DNA of 63,174 bases, counting the filler, from Phoronis australis (taxonomy: Eukaryota > Animalia > Phoronida), in the NCBI GenBank assembly GCA_002633005.1. It is 10 parts of 10 records of this genome, joined end to end, with 100 filler letters (N's around TTAATTAATTAA, not from the genome) between each part and the next. Parts side by side here need not be neighbours in the genome. Positions count along the whole stretch, not along the records: positions 1 to 6,778 come from NMRA01000182.1; positions 6,879 to 26,781 come from NMRA01001436.1; 8 more parts are not named here. One strand, written 5' to 3'. Positions 1 through 11,384 of the stretch are shown here, in pieces. Under the pieces are notes generated by a model, which was given only the letters and a program-made list of their open reading frames with translations, was not told the DNA's origin and ran no database searches. The position numbers were made by a program, and so were the translations under genes. The first letter of the stretch is position 1. Every line of letters starts with the position of its first letter.

Positions 1-2011
1 GACCAATTTATATCGTATGAACAGCCACGTCCTCATACGCCTATGTATCAGAAATCAGTTTATTATGGCTTTGATAGCAGTCGATACAAACCATTCACAA
101 GTGTTATACCAACAGGACTGCTGTGTAAAATTATATAACAGAGCTGACATGTTTGTATCATGGGTAGAAGAGATGTCTATTTTTGTATGTTCAGTTCTAT
201 TGGGTTTTGTTGAAGGATTATCCGCCGTGGTTCACACAAAATAAAATGAGCTAAACTGTTACCACTGCTAAAAGTAGTGGAATTAATATAATTGAAATAT
301 TTTCACAGCACTCATCTAGCAGAACAAAGACAACCCAGTTGTACCAATTTCCCTGTAGTGTCACATTCATTGGAAATGGGTCCAAAATTGCTCTCCATGG
401 CTATAACCTAAATAGAGATGGTGTATGATTCCAACTCCCTAGGATATACACCTACCCAATCTGGAAAGATATTGACTTGTCCAGATGACAACGCCACGTA
501 GTGGACGCACAGAATGAGCAAGACGGTGGTTCACCATAGAAATATTCCAACATTGTTCCACGATTTTAGCCATGAATAACAGTTGAGCTCTATTTATTAC
601 CTGGTAATGCCACAGTAGAATATTTTTCTACATTTAATTCGATTTAACGCCTCAGTGTTTTTTAGGACCTTAGAAAGATTCCAAATTTAGTTGAAAGTCA
701 AAAATCAGATTCTATTGACTTTCCGCTTGAAGAACATACTTCTAACAATTTAAAATATAATTTTGTAGACATTTGCTTAAGTACGCAGTCTTGTCAAAAA
801 GGTGCTATATAATCTTAAAATATAATTCGTCACCAAGACGGGTAGAAAATTATGAACATTGATTGATGATTGCTCAATTGCTAATAAAGTATGTGAGTAC
901 TAGTGTTTTGACTTATGCTGGCCTACTTTTGATTCTTCACAGTCCAAATGTTTGTAGTTTTTCAAGGTCCAAAATCGAATCTCCACAGGTCTTATTCTTC
1001 CAAATACACACCTACACCCTCGCACGCACCAAATGTTTTCCTTTTATGACTCCTCAAGACTAAAGTCTGCAACAAATCAGCCATCAGCAAGTTTCAATAT
1101 TTATACCTTGCTGAAATTGAATCTGGTTTTGATGTTGCAAGAAAACAAACGATGAATCTTAGCAAGTGAATGAACGATGGAATTGACAGTCGGGCTTATT
1201 ACCAAGTGCACACTGGAAGTAACATTGTTGTCAATCAGTAGGTTCAATCATGGTGGGTTGGTCAAGAGATTCCCGTCCCTCTAATTTCATCAAAGGCACT
1301 CTTATCAGCTACTTGACGTTCTACTAGTGTCATGACCATCGGCTGACTAAAGGTGCCGATGGTTTCATCGGAAGTGCTAGACTATGGTGTCCATAATGCA
1401 CCTCACACTAACAACACCCTATGACAAACTACTGATTACAAGACAAAATCACAGTATGTAAAACTGTCTGTAAAAATGCCATGCATGCATTTTCATGAAC
1501 AACGATCAAATAAACATATCTCCATATTGGAAGAGTGATACTAATTAAATCAGTTCTTACTTTGAGTCATCTGTATCATTTCTTCATTCTTAATAAACAG
1601 AAGTTTACTATTTAGTAATATCGCATTTAACAAACAGAATTACAAGGTCACAATCTTGAGATTGCACTACAATACAGTTCAAGGTGTTTACACCATGCAC
1701 TTTCACGACATTAAGTACAAGTGGCCAACATTTTAAGGCAACAAAAGGTGCTTCCTGGATACATAACATTTACACCTCTCAGATCTCTCTCTCTTCGTAC
1801 TCTGACTACGAATTAATGCTTACATCCATGGCAAGTCCTTATCTCAAGCACATGACGCCATGGAAACGATTACATCTAACACCCAATGATATCACAGTCC
1901 CGAGTACACACCCATTGCCAGTCTCCTCTCAAGATCTTGTCTAAAGGACACATCCATCACCACAAGGGATGTCTTTTAAACATACCCTTCCAAGATGTGT
2001 TATCTGCCTCA

Positions 2012-2159
2012 TCAAAGCGTTTGTTGAGAAATTCCATCTTTCTGTCCATGTCTTGGACCTCCTATTGAAGCAAATAAAGATTTGGTTTCAGAATACATGC
2101 CGTCTAAACACAGGTTTCGTGAGCTTTGCGCATCACTGAGGTCAACATTTAGCTGATAA
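2012..2159 (-). CDS. Probable terminal exon of unidentified gene; acceptor ambiguous (2159 gives LSAKC*, 2152 gives LNVDLSDAQ...QQTL*)
   Basis: Two phase-0-compatible AG acceptors (ttctgttatag at 2160-2161; ttatcag at 2153-2154) follow the 2388-2450 exon. The second opens the ORF ending at 2012. Confidence 0.4.
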
Positions 2160-2387
2160 CTATAACAGAAGTTCAAAAGTACAGAGAACAGTAAACCAAG
2201 TGTGCAATGCAACAAGATTATTTAGTCAAACAACTTCTAAGCTATGGACAGAATTATGTCTCCTTGTTCACTCCATAATAAAGAATATTGATAGAAAATG
2301 ATAGTATACACAAAAATATACAATCGTGCAAAAATATCAATTCCAAATACTGTACTAACAATAATAAAAATATTCAAGAAAACCTAC

Positions 2388-2450
2388 AAGTGAAATTTTA
2401 GAACAACGTTTGTCTTCCAAGTCAGGGATCGACTGTTCAAGCTTTTCAAC
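2388..2450 (-). CDS. Internal exon of unidentified protein (VEKLEQSIPDLEDKRCSKISL), coiled-coil-like
   Basis: tgtattgcag acceptor, gtaggt donor, 63 nt, phase 0-0. It continues NLQNIVNR from the preceding exon as a heptad-like segment. Confidence 0.6.
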
Positions 2451-3222
2451 CTGCAATACAAACGAATAACGGATGAACCATTTTCTACATATTCACAGAT
2501 TATCCAACGTTTTCCACAGATTGACACCAGGTGGCAGGACAGTCAAATACAGCCTGGGATAACTAGTTAATCAGTGTTTCAAAAAAAAAATGAGCAGATT
2601 ATGAGAATCTACAGAATAACCAGTCAGATCTAATCGAACCATAACTCAATAAAGTAAGATGATATCCGACTTAAATGTCCAAACGCATGGACTAGAATAT
2701 CTGTAGCATGGAGGTTTGTCCAGTTGTGAACCCTTAACAGTGTACTGTCCAAGAAGCGAATTTTTATCAAGACCACTTAACACTATAAAATGGGTTTCAA
2801 GTTGTTCTAACTCAGGTTAGCAATGATTTCCATCAGATGTTATGCTTGGTGCATTAAATGACACATCGTAACAAATCAACTTGACTATAGCTTGGTCTCA
2901 AGCAATAGCTCTTTTGAAGCCAATTTGACTAATGAATAATTTTGGGACCAGTTTCATGGTAGATGGTCTAAATCAAAAAAGGCAGGTTTAAGTAAAGATA
3001 CCACTAAAACAGTATATTTAACAAAATTTAAATTTTCCACGTGTTTCCTAAAATTTTCCTTTTGCCATAAGCAAGTACTTTAATATATTTTCAGTTTTCA
3101 ACATTGATTTATGTATACATTTTCTGGATTTTCAAAAAGATGAGATTTTGTCATTTTTGAAAGTAAATCGTTGCAATTTTAAGTAGAAAACTACATAATT
3201 ACAACAAAAGTATCCCACTTAC

Positions 3223-3302
3223 CCTGTTAACAATGTTCTGTAAATTAGCAGCTATCGTCTCATTGTAACAGGGCCACTCGATAGTTCTCCGTTGGGGCTC
3301 AA
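3223..3302 (-). CDS. Internal exon of unidentified protein (EPQRRTIEWPCYNETIAANLQNIVNR)
   Basis: tatttttcag acceptor, consensus gtaagt donor, 80 nt. Only one of three frames is open (phase 1-0). Confidence 0.65.
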
Positions 3303-4557
3303 CTGAAAAATAAGACATCGTAGATTATCAACAACTAGACAATAGGACAATTTAGAATTCAATTATCCTCTATTACGGAGGTAGAAAATGCAAAATGTGA
3401 CTTCCCTAGTTTCGAAATGTCAGACAAAAATGTTTCTGAGTTGAAAAGGACAAGAAAAACAGCACATCGTTCATTACCAAGTTTTTCAATTTATTTTAAA
3501 AAGTACCTATTGCAAAATCACTGTGTAATATTAAAGACTTAATCATCAAATGCAAAATAATTTGCAGTAGAACAGTGATGGACTATCAGTTGTGCCCATT
3601 CCCAAAAATCCTCCTGAGCAAGGAACAAGATGAGACCCATTTAATATACAAACAGTACGTGGTCTAAATCAATAACTAAGTTTGTTTTTGACCGAATGCG
3701 AGTTTATAGCTACCTAACTTTACAAAAGGAAGTGTCTTCAAATTTTCAGAGATGATTTCACAAATTTGCACAAGAAAATGGTGATACCACTGTTTTTAAG
3801 GTTGTCACAAACGTTCATCCTTCAAACAGTATGAATGGCCCCCCTGACATCCTATAACTGGCCATGACTCTCAGCACACACACTTACTATTTTGCGCTAC
3901 ATTAACAACTTCCAACAGATATGGCACGTTCCTTGAATTGGTTGCAATGTTAGAAGTGATGGGTATGAGAGAACCACGGTGGTTTCTGAGCTAAAATAAA
4001 CAAGAGTAATTTCATTAGCCTTCTTCTAACTGCAAATTATTGGGATAGCTTATTGACATGCATTTTTCATACACGACACGACTCCTACGCTAACATTTGG
4101 GGTTTATTACCCCAATACCTAAGCAAGCCCAAGCCAGACTGTGACCAACCACTCCATTAAAAAATTAATGCTCTTGGCTTAGCAAGAATCCTGAAGAAAA
4201 CCTTTTCACTAACTTCTCTTATAATGCATCAATTTTAAAAATTCAACGACTGCTACTATTTACCTTAGTTTTCAATTTTACACACAAGTTGGTCATTAGC
4301 CTTAATTAATGCTCGATTTTTTGTCATTGAAACTCATACGCTAAACAGGGATGTTGGTTTACGACCGCATTCATATCATCCAGCACATTTAGCCAAGCCC
4401 ATGAATAGCGACTAGCTCATTTCAATCCGTGGCTGCGTCATCAAGTCTTTGATGTGCCGAGGACTTCCCTGGATACTCTGGGGTGAACAGTGCATGCATT
4501 ATTGTCCATTTGTGTGCAAATCCTGTTAGCTTAAGATTTGCCTAATGTAACAAATAC

Positions 4558-4564
4558 CAGGCCT
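4558..4564 (-). CDS. Candidate 7-nt microexon (AGGCCTG)
   Basis: Flanked by a tctgatcatttgtgtttctag acceptor and a gtattt donor. It converts phase 0 (exon 4907-5016) to phase 1 (exon 3223-3302), giving ...NVVLK-RP-V-EPQRR. Confidence 0.45.
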
Positions 4565-4906
4565 CTAGAAACACAAATGATCAGAATACAACTACAATAC
4601 AGCTCCTATAAGGCACGTATTGCAGACAATGAGCTCTTTCAAAAGAAAATCTAGTTTTTGCACAGTACCAAAATGTGTATGCCAATTATTTACGTTTCAA
4701 AGTTTTTAAATTCCAGTGGAACCAGTTCCATGTTGCTCATCTATTCGTCTTGATTCAGCAGTCAAGCAGCCATGAACTGTCAGTTCTTCCAATGCAAAGC
4801 AATGAGTAAGGAAACAAAATTGGTCTAGTGAGTAAAAAAATGAACAATTCATTCTCATCTCGCCAACTTAGTGTTTCTACGATAACGAGAGTCAAGCATG
4901 TACTAC

Positions 4907-5016
4907 CTTAAGGACCACGTTTTCTGGAATGGAACATTCTGATCTGAGGGTGCTGTTAAAATCAGTAGATGAAAGGGCTGCCTGGAACTGGACTTCTTTT
5001 AAGTCATCTTTGTCTT
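4907..5016 (-). CDS. Internal exon of unidentified protein (EDKDDLKEVQFQAALSSTDFNSTLRSECSIPENVVLK)
   Basis: gttttatttcag acceptor, gtagta donor. Only one frame is open (phase 1-0). Confidence 0.6.
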
Positions 5017-6189
5017 CTGAAATAAAACAAAAAGTGAACAGTAATTGTCCTGGTTATTGCAAGTTAGCTTTCCTAATTATATATATGACAACATCAGCGA
5101 CTGAACAGATTTTATAGTGATAGTCTGCTTCACTTGAGTTTGTGATATTTGCAAAACCAAACCGAAGTCATACGGGACTTAATTGAGTCAATGAAAGACA
5201 TAATTGATCAATTGATTTTTTTAGTAATCATTTATCGTAAAACATAATACAGTATGATAAAATGCAACAATATATTACAACACAGCACAAAACTCAAAGG
5301 TACAAACTAAAGTAAGGACAACAAATAAGACCAAGGTAGAGTTGATTCACGTTATAACTAAACTGGTTTATGCCGTTCTCTAGAAAACAGCCATCTATTT
5401 CACAAGTCCCATGTTTTTCTAATGCACAACACCATTTCCACATTATTCTTTTCCCATGAAGATGGATAGAGCATTTGCTTGGTTACATTGTCCCAGTGGG
5501 GGTAACTTTGCCAACTTTTTTGTAGCGAACCAGCAGAAGTTCTTGTGCATGAATTTTCAGTGCGACTTGGTCTCCATATACTTACGGTAAAATCTCATTA
5601 ATTTGGGACACAAGTGAAATTTTAGTTCTTTATTTTTTCATGAAAGATTTGAAGAGAAGTAGCCCAGGGGAGGGGGGGGGGTCACACAGCTACCGACCAG
5701 GGATGTACCAAGGATTCTTTGTTGACTGAGCGGGGCGCCGAGAAGACGTTGACGGGCGGGGGGGGGGCGCAATGTTTGTTCTTTACGTCACCTTGCTTCC
5801 TAATTGCACAATTTCAACTGGTCACCTCACTGATTAGCGCTAGCAGCTTAATCAATGTGCTGAATTAATTATTTGTTGTGTCCACTGGCAATCAAAGACA
5901 ATACAAAGTTACCGGGTGCCATGATTTACATGCTCACTTGAGTAATCTTCAAAACTGGTCATGCACATATGTAAATTCTTTTGCCACAAGGAATTGAAGA
6001 GCACAGACAGGATTGGACTATATGAACTCATTTAAAGTGCGCAATGAGCAAGTAGCCAATATACTAGTGCCCTTTGAATAAGAGCAGGATGCAAATCCCT
6101 TAAGAACTAATTTAGCACGATGATTTAGCAATACTCTGTGTTGATTAAGCAAGATTGCGCATGGAATAAGCACATTTCAACGCACAGAA

Positions 6190-6642
6190 TCAAGGTACCT
6201 AACTACACGGTTAACGGACTCATAAACACGGCCCACGGACGCATGAACACAGCTCACAGACCTGCAAACACCGTCCACGGACTCACAAACACAGGAACGG
6301 ACTCACAAAACATGATCCATTCACCCCAATACACGGCACACGGGCTCACATTCACGAAGAAACACGGTTAACGGACCACCAAACACGCTTTACGGACAAA
6401 CTGTAGATGTCAGCTGACCCAGGAAGTCGATGAGTCCGTGACCCGTGTTTGGCGGTCTGTTAACCCTGTTTCCTCTTGAATATGAGTCCGTGTCTCGTGT
6501 ATTTGGGTGAATGGATCGTGTTTTGTGAGTCCGTTCCCGTGTTTGTGAGTCAGTGGACGGTGTTTGCAGGTCCTTGAGTCGTGTTCATGCATCCGTGGGC
6601 CGTGTTTATGAGTCTGTTAACCGTGTAGTTTAGGTACCTTGA
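6190..6642. mobile_element. Foldback/MITE-like element: about 210-bp imperfect inverted arms with internal CACGGACTCA-type subrepeats
   Basis: The left end tcaaggtacctaactacacggttaac is mirrored by gttaaccgtgtagtttaggtaccttga. The arms align along their length with a short central spacer, and there is no coding capacity. Confidence 0.8.
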
Positions 6643-6778
6643 GAAAGGTCCTCGTTTAAGAACCTTTAGGCGCTTCGTAGATGACCAACTAAGGCAAAAG
6701 ACTGGTAGCTTGACAGCCATAACAGTGACACTGACAGGTTTTCATAGAGTGAGACATTAGTCAAACCCAGTATGCAAA

Positions 6779-6878
6779 NNNNNNNNNNNNNNNNNNNNNN
6801 NNNNNNNNNNNNNNNNNNNNNNTTAATTAATTAANNNNNNNNNNNNNNNNNNNNNNNNNNNNNNNNNNNNNNNNNNNN
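6779..6878. other. Artificial contig linker N44-TTAATTAATTAA-N44 (also 26782-26881, 30221-30320, 36499-36598, 40880-40979, 46256-46355, 51281-51380, 54484-54583, 58819-58918)
   Basis: Nine identical 100-bp linkers whose core has stop codons in all six frames, typical of concatenated unplaced contigs. Confidence 0.97.
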
Positions 6879-6909
6879 CGCCCTCACGACCACCACCATT
6901 TTCACCTAC

Positions 6910-9150
6910 CGTAATATTTAAGTTTTAAAGGCTGTGCGTTCCTTTACTGCAAGGTCTATGTGAGGCTTGAATAGGTAATTCGCTGGTACTGACAGTGAGA
7001 TACTTTTCACTGCCGTTTTAGTATTCGTTAGCGCTGGTTGTTTTAAAACATTGAACCATTGTGACGATTTAAACGTAACTTCTCTGCACTCATTTTGATT
7101 AAAAATTTTGTAAAACGAATCTTCAGAACGCATCCCAGTGTAAAGTTATTCCCAAAGGATGCACTTTAGAACTACCCTCATTTCAATAGTTCAAAATTTG
7201 AATCTCTAATGTTGTACACCACAAACACCTGTGAACAAAATAATAGTTTTTGTAAATTGATTTTAAAAAGTTATATTCTTGTAGGACTGTAATTTACATA
7301 TCGTTCTCAAGTGAGATCATCTTCATATTTTGATTGATATTGTGTCCTATAAATTAGTAAATATACAAGCAATTGGAGCACGTTTAACGACCCGTGCCCT
7401 CCAAATTAGGTCTGCGTTTCTTAGACTCAAGAATCTCGTAAATGAAACTAGTGTCCCGCGAAGTCTTACATGATCTTGCGTTTTCACGAGAATCTCGTGT
7501 CTGCTGAACGCTGACACATTGTTGTAATCGGAACAGAATTTAATGTAAGGCGCCACTTCTGGTCAGTTGAAACTCCGTGCAAAATAACTCCCTTTAAAAA
7601 CAACTCTCCTCAAAAAGTTTATTTTGCATGAATTCTTGAATTTCTCGTTGGCATGTGAACCTATATCTCATTAATTACGGCCAGGCAAGGCATCTCATTT
7701 CATAAAACTTGAAAGAGCAAATGCGTAAACATTAAAATAGACTATACGCACAAGAGTTAGGTTTTTAGGTCGGCTGTATTTGAAGAAATGATAACTTAGT
7801 CTAAATGTGTATGAAATGAAGAAATAACAACGTAGTCTAAGTGTGTATAAACTAACAACGTATTTTATTAAATAATGGTAATTTAGATGAATACCATGCA
7901 ACCTGGAGAAACTGGTTAACCATAACTTTTGCCTGACAACATCCTACTAAGAGTAAGTTGGGGGGGCGGGTGCNGTCTGCTTTATTTGAAGAAATGATAA
8001 CTTAGTCTAAATGTGTATGAAATGAAGAAATAACAACGTAGTCTAAGTGTGTATAAACTAACAACGTAGGCTAAATGTGTATAAAATAATAACATAGTCT
8101 AAATGTGTATGAAAAAAGAAAATTAAGTTGTCTTTTGTAGTTTGGCTAAAAGATTATGTGAATACTATTTTGTGAATACTATTTGTGAATACTGTTATGG
8201 GAATACTATTATGTAGAAATGCGGAGTAAGTAGAATGTAGCCCTTTACTGAGTGTTAAATACAATTTCTTGAGTATTCGTTCGTCTACATAACGTAACAC
8301 AGCAGGGTAACTTTCTTGCGATTGTTTCATTTGAAGCCAATTACGTCATTTGTCAATTTGTTCATCACAAAAAGTTAGCATTAACTGTGTCTTCAACCTG
8401 CGATCACACGGTCTTTCTTTCATGATGAAGATGAATTCTCCGGCATATGAGAACCTGAGGAGTAAAACTTAGTAATAAACACATGGATATCCATGCATGG
8501 GTCATGTACAGTGCGGTTCTGTACTGACTTTACGTCTGTGATAACGTTGTGTTATCGGATACACGGATCGTATGTTTTTACGGGTGTTGAATTTCGCTTT
8601 CGATAACTTTACTGCCGTACTCAGGCTGGTTTAGTGGTTTTATTTGAAAACCAACCGATGCGAACCGTTGGCACTGAAGCAGTATCACGTGATAGGCCAC
8701 CGGGCCTTGCAACCGTTCTAATATAAGTTAACCTTTCTTTCTTAACAATACTATGTAGGCCGGTAACTGTATGCTGTCAAAGTCCTATTGTACCTCAAGC
8801 TATTCCATGTTAGACTGTCGCTTGAAAATAAGGTTGAAGTGAGAATTGGGTTCCTGCTGGCCTTCCGCGTTCCAGCAAGTGCAGGACTCTCAAGTTTTTA
8901 CATGCGTGCAATCTCTGTTTTTAGAAGTTACTCGATTCTGTAACGATACATGTAAATCAACCAAGGAAAGGAAAGCGTAAAAGAAGTGGTAACTAAAGAT
9001 AGGACGCAATCCCTGTCAATTATATTTACCTTTTCACGTGTCTTCCATAAAGTTAAGGGGATCGCTTAGGCCTATTGGCCATTTAAAGTCGTCTTTCCGA
9101 TCTGATTCGCTAGCGTATTCCAATCATACGACGATCAAGGGAATCCCCGT
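6910..9150 (-). other. Candidate spliced 5' leader or lncRNA: exons about 9150-9030, 8454-8398 and 7228-6910
   Basis: Donors gtaaat (9029), gttgaa (8397) and gtaggt (6909). Acceptors tactaagttttactcctcag and ttttgttcacag. It lies just downstream of CCAAT boxes and contains only short ORFs. Confidence 0.4.
7777..8112. repeat. Local duplication (7777-7862 matches 7983-8068) with short tagtctaaatgtgtat subrepeats
   Basis: Identical copies of about 86 bp on either side of a single N at 7974; may be partly an assembly overlap. Confidence 0.75.
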
Positions 9151-9169
9151 GCCAGGTCACAGTGTCAGA

Positions 9170-9985
9170 AAAGGATGAGCCAATCACAGAAGAGCTACAC
9201 ATGACAGGAAACTTACAGCCAATGAAAACTGAGCCCAACTGGGCTTCATAATTACTGTCACTGGACTTGTTTTCCTTATTTCTCAGTTCCCGGTGTTAAA
9301 ACTTGTTCTTTTTTAATGTTTTCGCGTGGTCAGGACCGGATTGGGCGAAATAGGCCTATATGTTGCAAGCAAAATACCCAGTGCGGGACTAATGTCCTGA
9401 AAGGATCGACTGTAGGAAAATGATACTCGACTAAATTAGTGAATACCCGTCTCTCTATCAGAGTAAATGGCAAAGCAGAATGAATTCTCTGTTGCGTGAG
9501 CGCTCTCCCTTTACGACTACGCATAAGTCGGCCATTTTATGAAACATAGTTTGGACGGAGTGCAGTTAACCACTGAGTTTTTTCGTCTAGCGTTTCAAAT
9601 GGTCTATTTGTGTACATTAATTTTTTCTGTCGACGAAATTATCTGAACTAGGAAATACAACTTATTTCAAATGATAACTCAGTATGGTTCTGGCTAGGCC
9701 GTAGTCAGCCGAGTAGGGTTCTCTTGGGCGAGCGAGACTCGGGTAGTTCTAGTAAAGTCTCAGTGACGAGTAGGATTCGTTACAAGAGCTGATGACTAAC
9801 ACCGGGACGTCAAAGACACGCCGAGTGACTGTGACACGAAGGAGCGTGTCACGCCCACGGGACTTGCACTGGCCAATTGAATTCCGAAGATGCAAGACTC
9901 TCGCGAGTAACTTGGAAGTTAGCGTGACCACATGCTTCCACGATATTTCGCGAATACTCGTGAGCTTCTTTCAGTCGCGAGTGTT
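9170..9985. promoter_or_regulatory. CpG-rich promoter-like region (CCAAT boxes, YY1-like GCCATTTT, CRE-like GACGTCA, TCGCGA motifs)
   Basis: agccaatc (9178), agccaatg (9217), gattgg (9339), ctctcccttt (9503), gccatttt (9531), gacgtca (9806), actctcgcgagt (9897) and further tcgcga at about 9948 and 9976. Confidence 0.5.
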
Positions 9986-10056
9986 GTACTAGACAAGTAA
10001 CGAATATGAAAGGAAAATATTAATGATACAATCTGCTTCTTGTCTTTATTACGTCC

Positions 10057-11384
10057 ATTTTCATCATGCACGTATACCGTAGTATTTTCATCATGCACGT
10101 ATACCGTAGTATTTTCATCATGCACGTATACCGTAGTATTTTCATCATGCACGTATACCGTAGTATTTTCATCATGCACGTATACCGTAGTATTTTCATC
10201 ATGCACGTATACCGTAGTATTTTCATCATGCACGTATACCGTAGTATTTTCATCATGCACGTATACCGTAGTATTTTCATCATGCACGTATACCGTAGTA
10301 TTTTCATCATGCACGTATACCGTAGTATTTTCATCATGCACGTATACCGTAGTATTTTCATCATGCACGTATACCGTAGTATTTTCATCATGCACGTATA
10401 CCGTAGTATTTTCATCATGCACGTATACCGTAGTATTTTCATCATGCACGTATACCGTAGTATTTTCATCATGCACGTATACCGTAGTATTTTCATCATG
10501 CACGTATACCGTAGTATTTTCATCATGCACGTATACCGTAGTATTTTCATCATGCACGTATACCGTAGTATTTTCATCATGCACGTATACCGTAGTATTT
10601 TCATCATGCACGTATACCGTAGTATTTTCATCATGCACGTATACCGTAGTATTTTCATCATGCACGTATACCGTAGTATTTTCATCATGCACGTATACCG
10701 TAGTATTTTCATCATGCACGTATACCGTAGTATTTTCATCATGCACGTATACCGTAGTATTTTCATCATGCACGTATACCGTAGTATTTTCATCATGCAC
10801 GTATACCGTAGTATTTTCATCATGCACGTATACCGTAGTATTTTCATCATGCACGTATACCGTAGTATTTTCATCATGCACGTATACCGTAGTATTTTCA
10901 TCATGCACGTATACCGTAGTATTTTCATCATGCACGTATACCGTAGTATTTTCATCATGCACGTATACCGTAGTATTTTCATCATGCACGTATACCGTAG
11001 TATTTTCATCATGCACGTATACCGTAGTATTTTCATCATGCACGTATACCGTAGTATTTTCATCATGCACGTATACCGTAGTATTTTCATCATGCACGTA
11101 TACCGTAGTATTTTCATCATGCACGTATACCGTAGTATTTTCATCATGCACGTATACCGTAGTATTTTCATCATGCACGTATACCGTAGTATTTTCATCA
11201 TGCACGTATACCGTAGTATTTTCATCATGCACGTATACCGTAGTATTTTCATCATGCACGTATACCGTAGTATTTTCATCATGCACGTATACCGTAGTAT
11301 TTTCATCATGCACGTATACCGTAGTATTTTCATCATGCACGTATACCGTAGTATTTTCATCATGCACGTATACCGTAGTATTTT
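10057..11384. repeat. Perfect minisatellite, 49 x 27 bp (ATTTTCATCATGCACGTATACCGTAGT)
   Basis: 10057-11379 is 1323 bp, exactly 49 units with no variants seen, plus a trailing ATTTT. It generates the four repetitive ORFs of 444-509 aa. Confidence 0.97.

Noticed and set aside
1328-1372. SECIS-like hairpin (ACCATCGGC/GCCGATGGT flanked by ATGA) downstream of a TGT-TGA ending
   Set aside because: There is no apical AA, the GA quartet is out of register and the helix is too short. No selenoprotein similarity was seen.
7312-7335. bantam-like miRNA (TGAGATCAT...TGATT)
   Set aside because: Seed-only similarity, with no precursor hairpin.
9715-9800. Hammerhead ribozyme around CTGATGA (also checked at about 50265 and 54769)
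   Set aside because: No correctly placed GAAA with paired stems II and III at any of these sites.
10057-11384. CRISPR array or long-unit telomeric repeat
   Set aside because: There are no spacers and no cas genes, the context is eukaryotic, and the array is internal and not G-rich.
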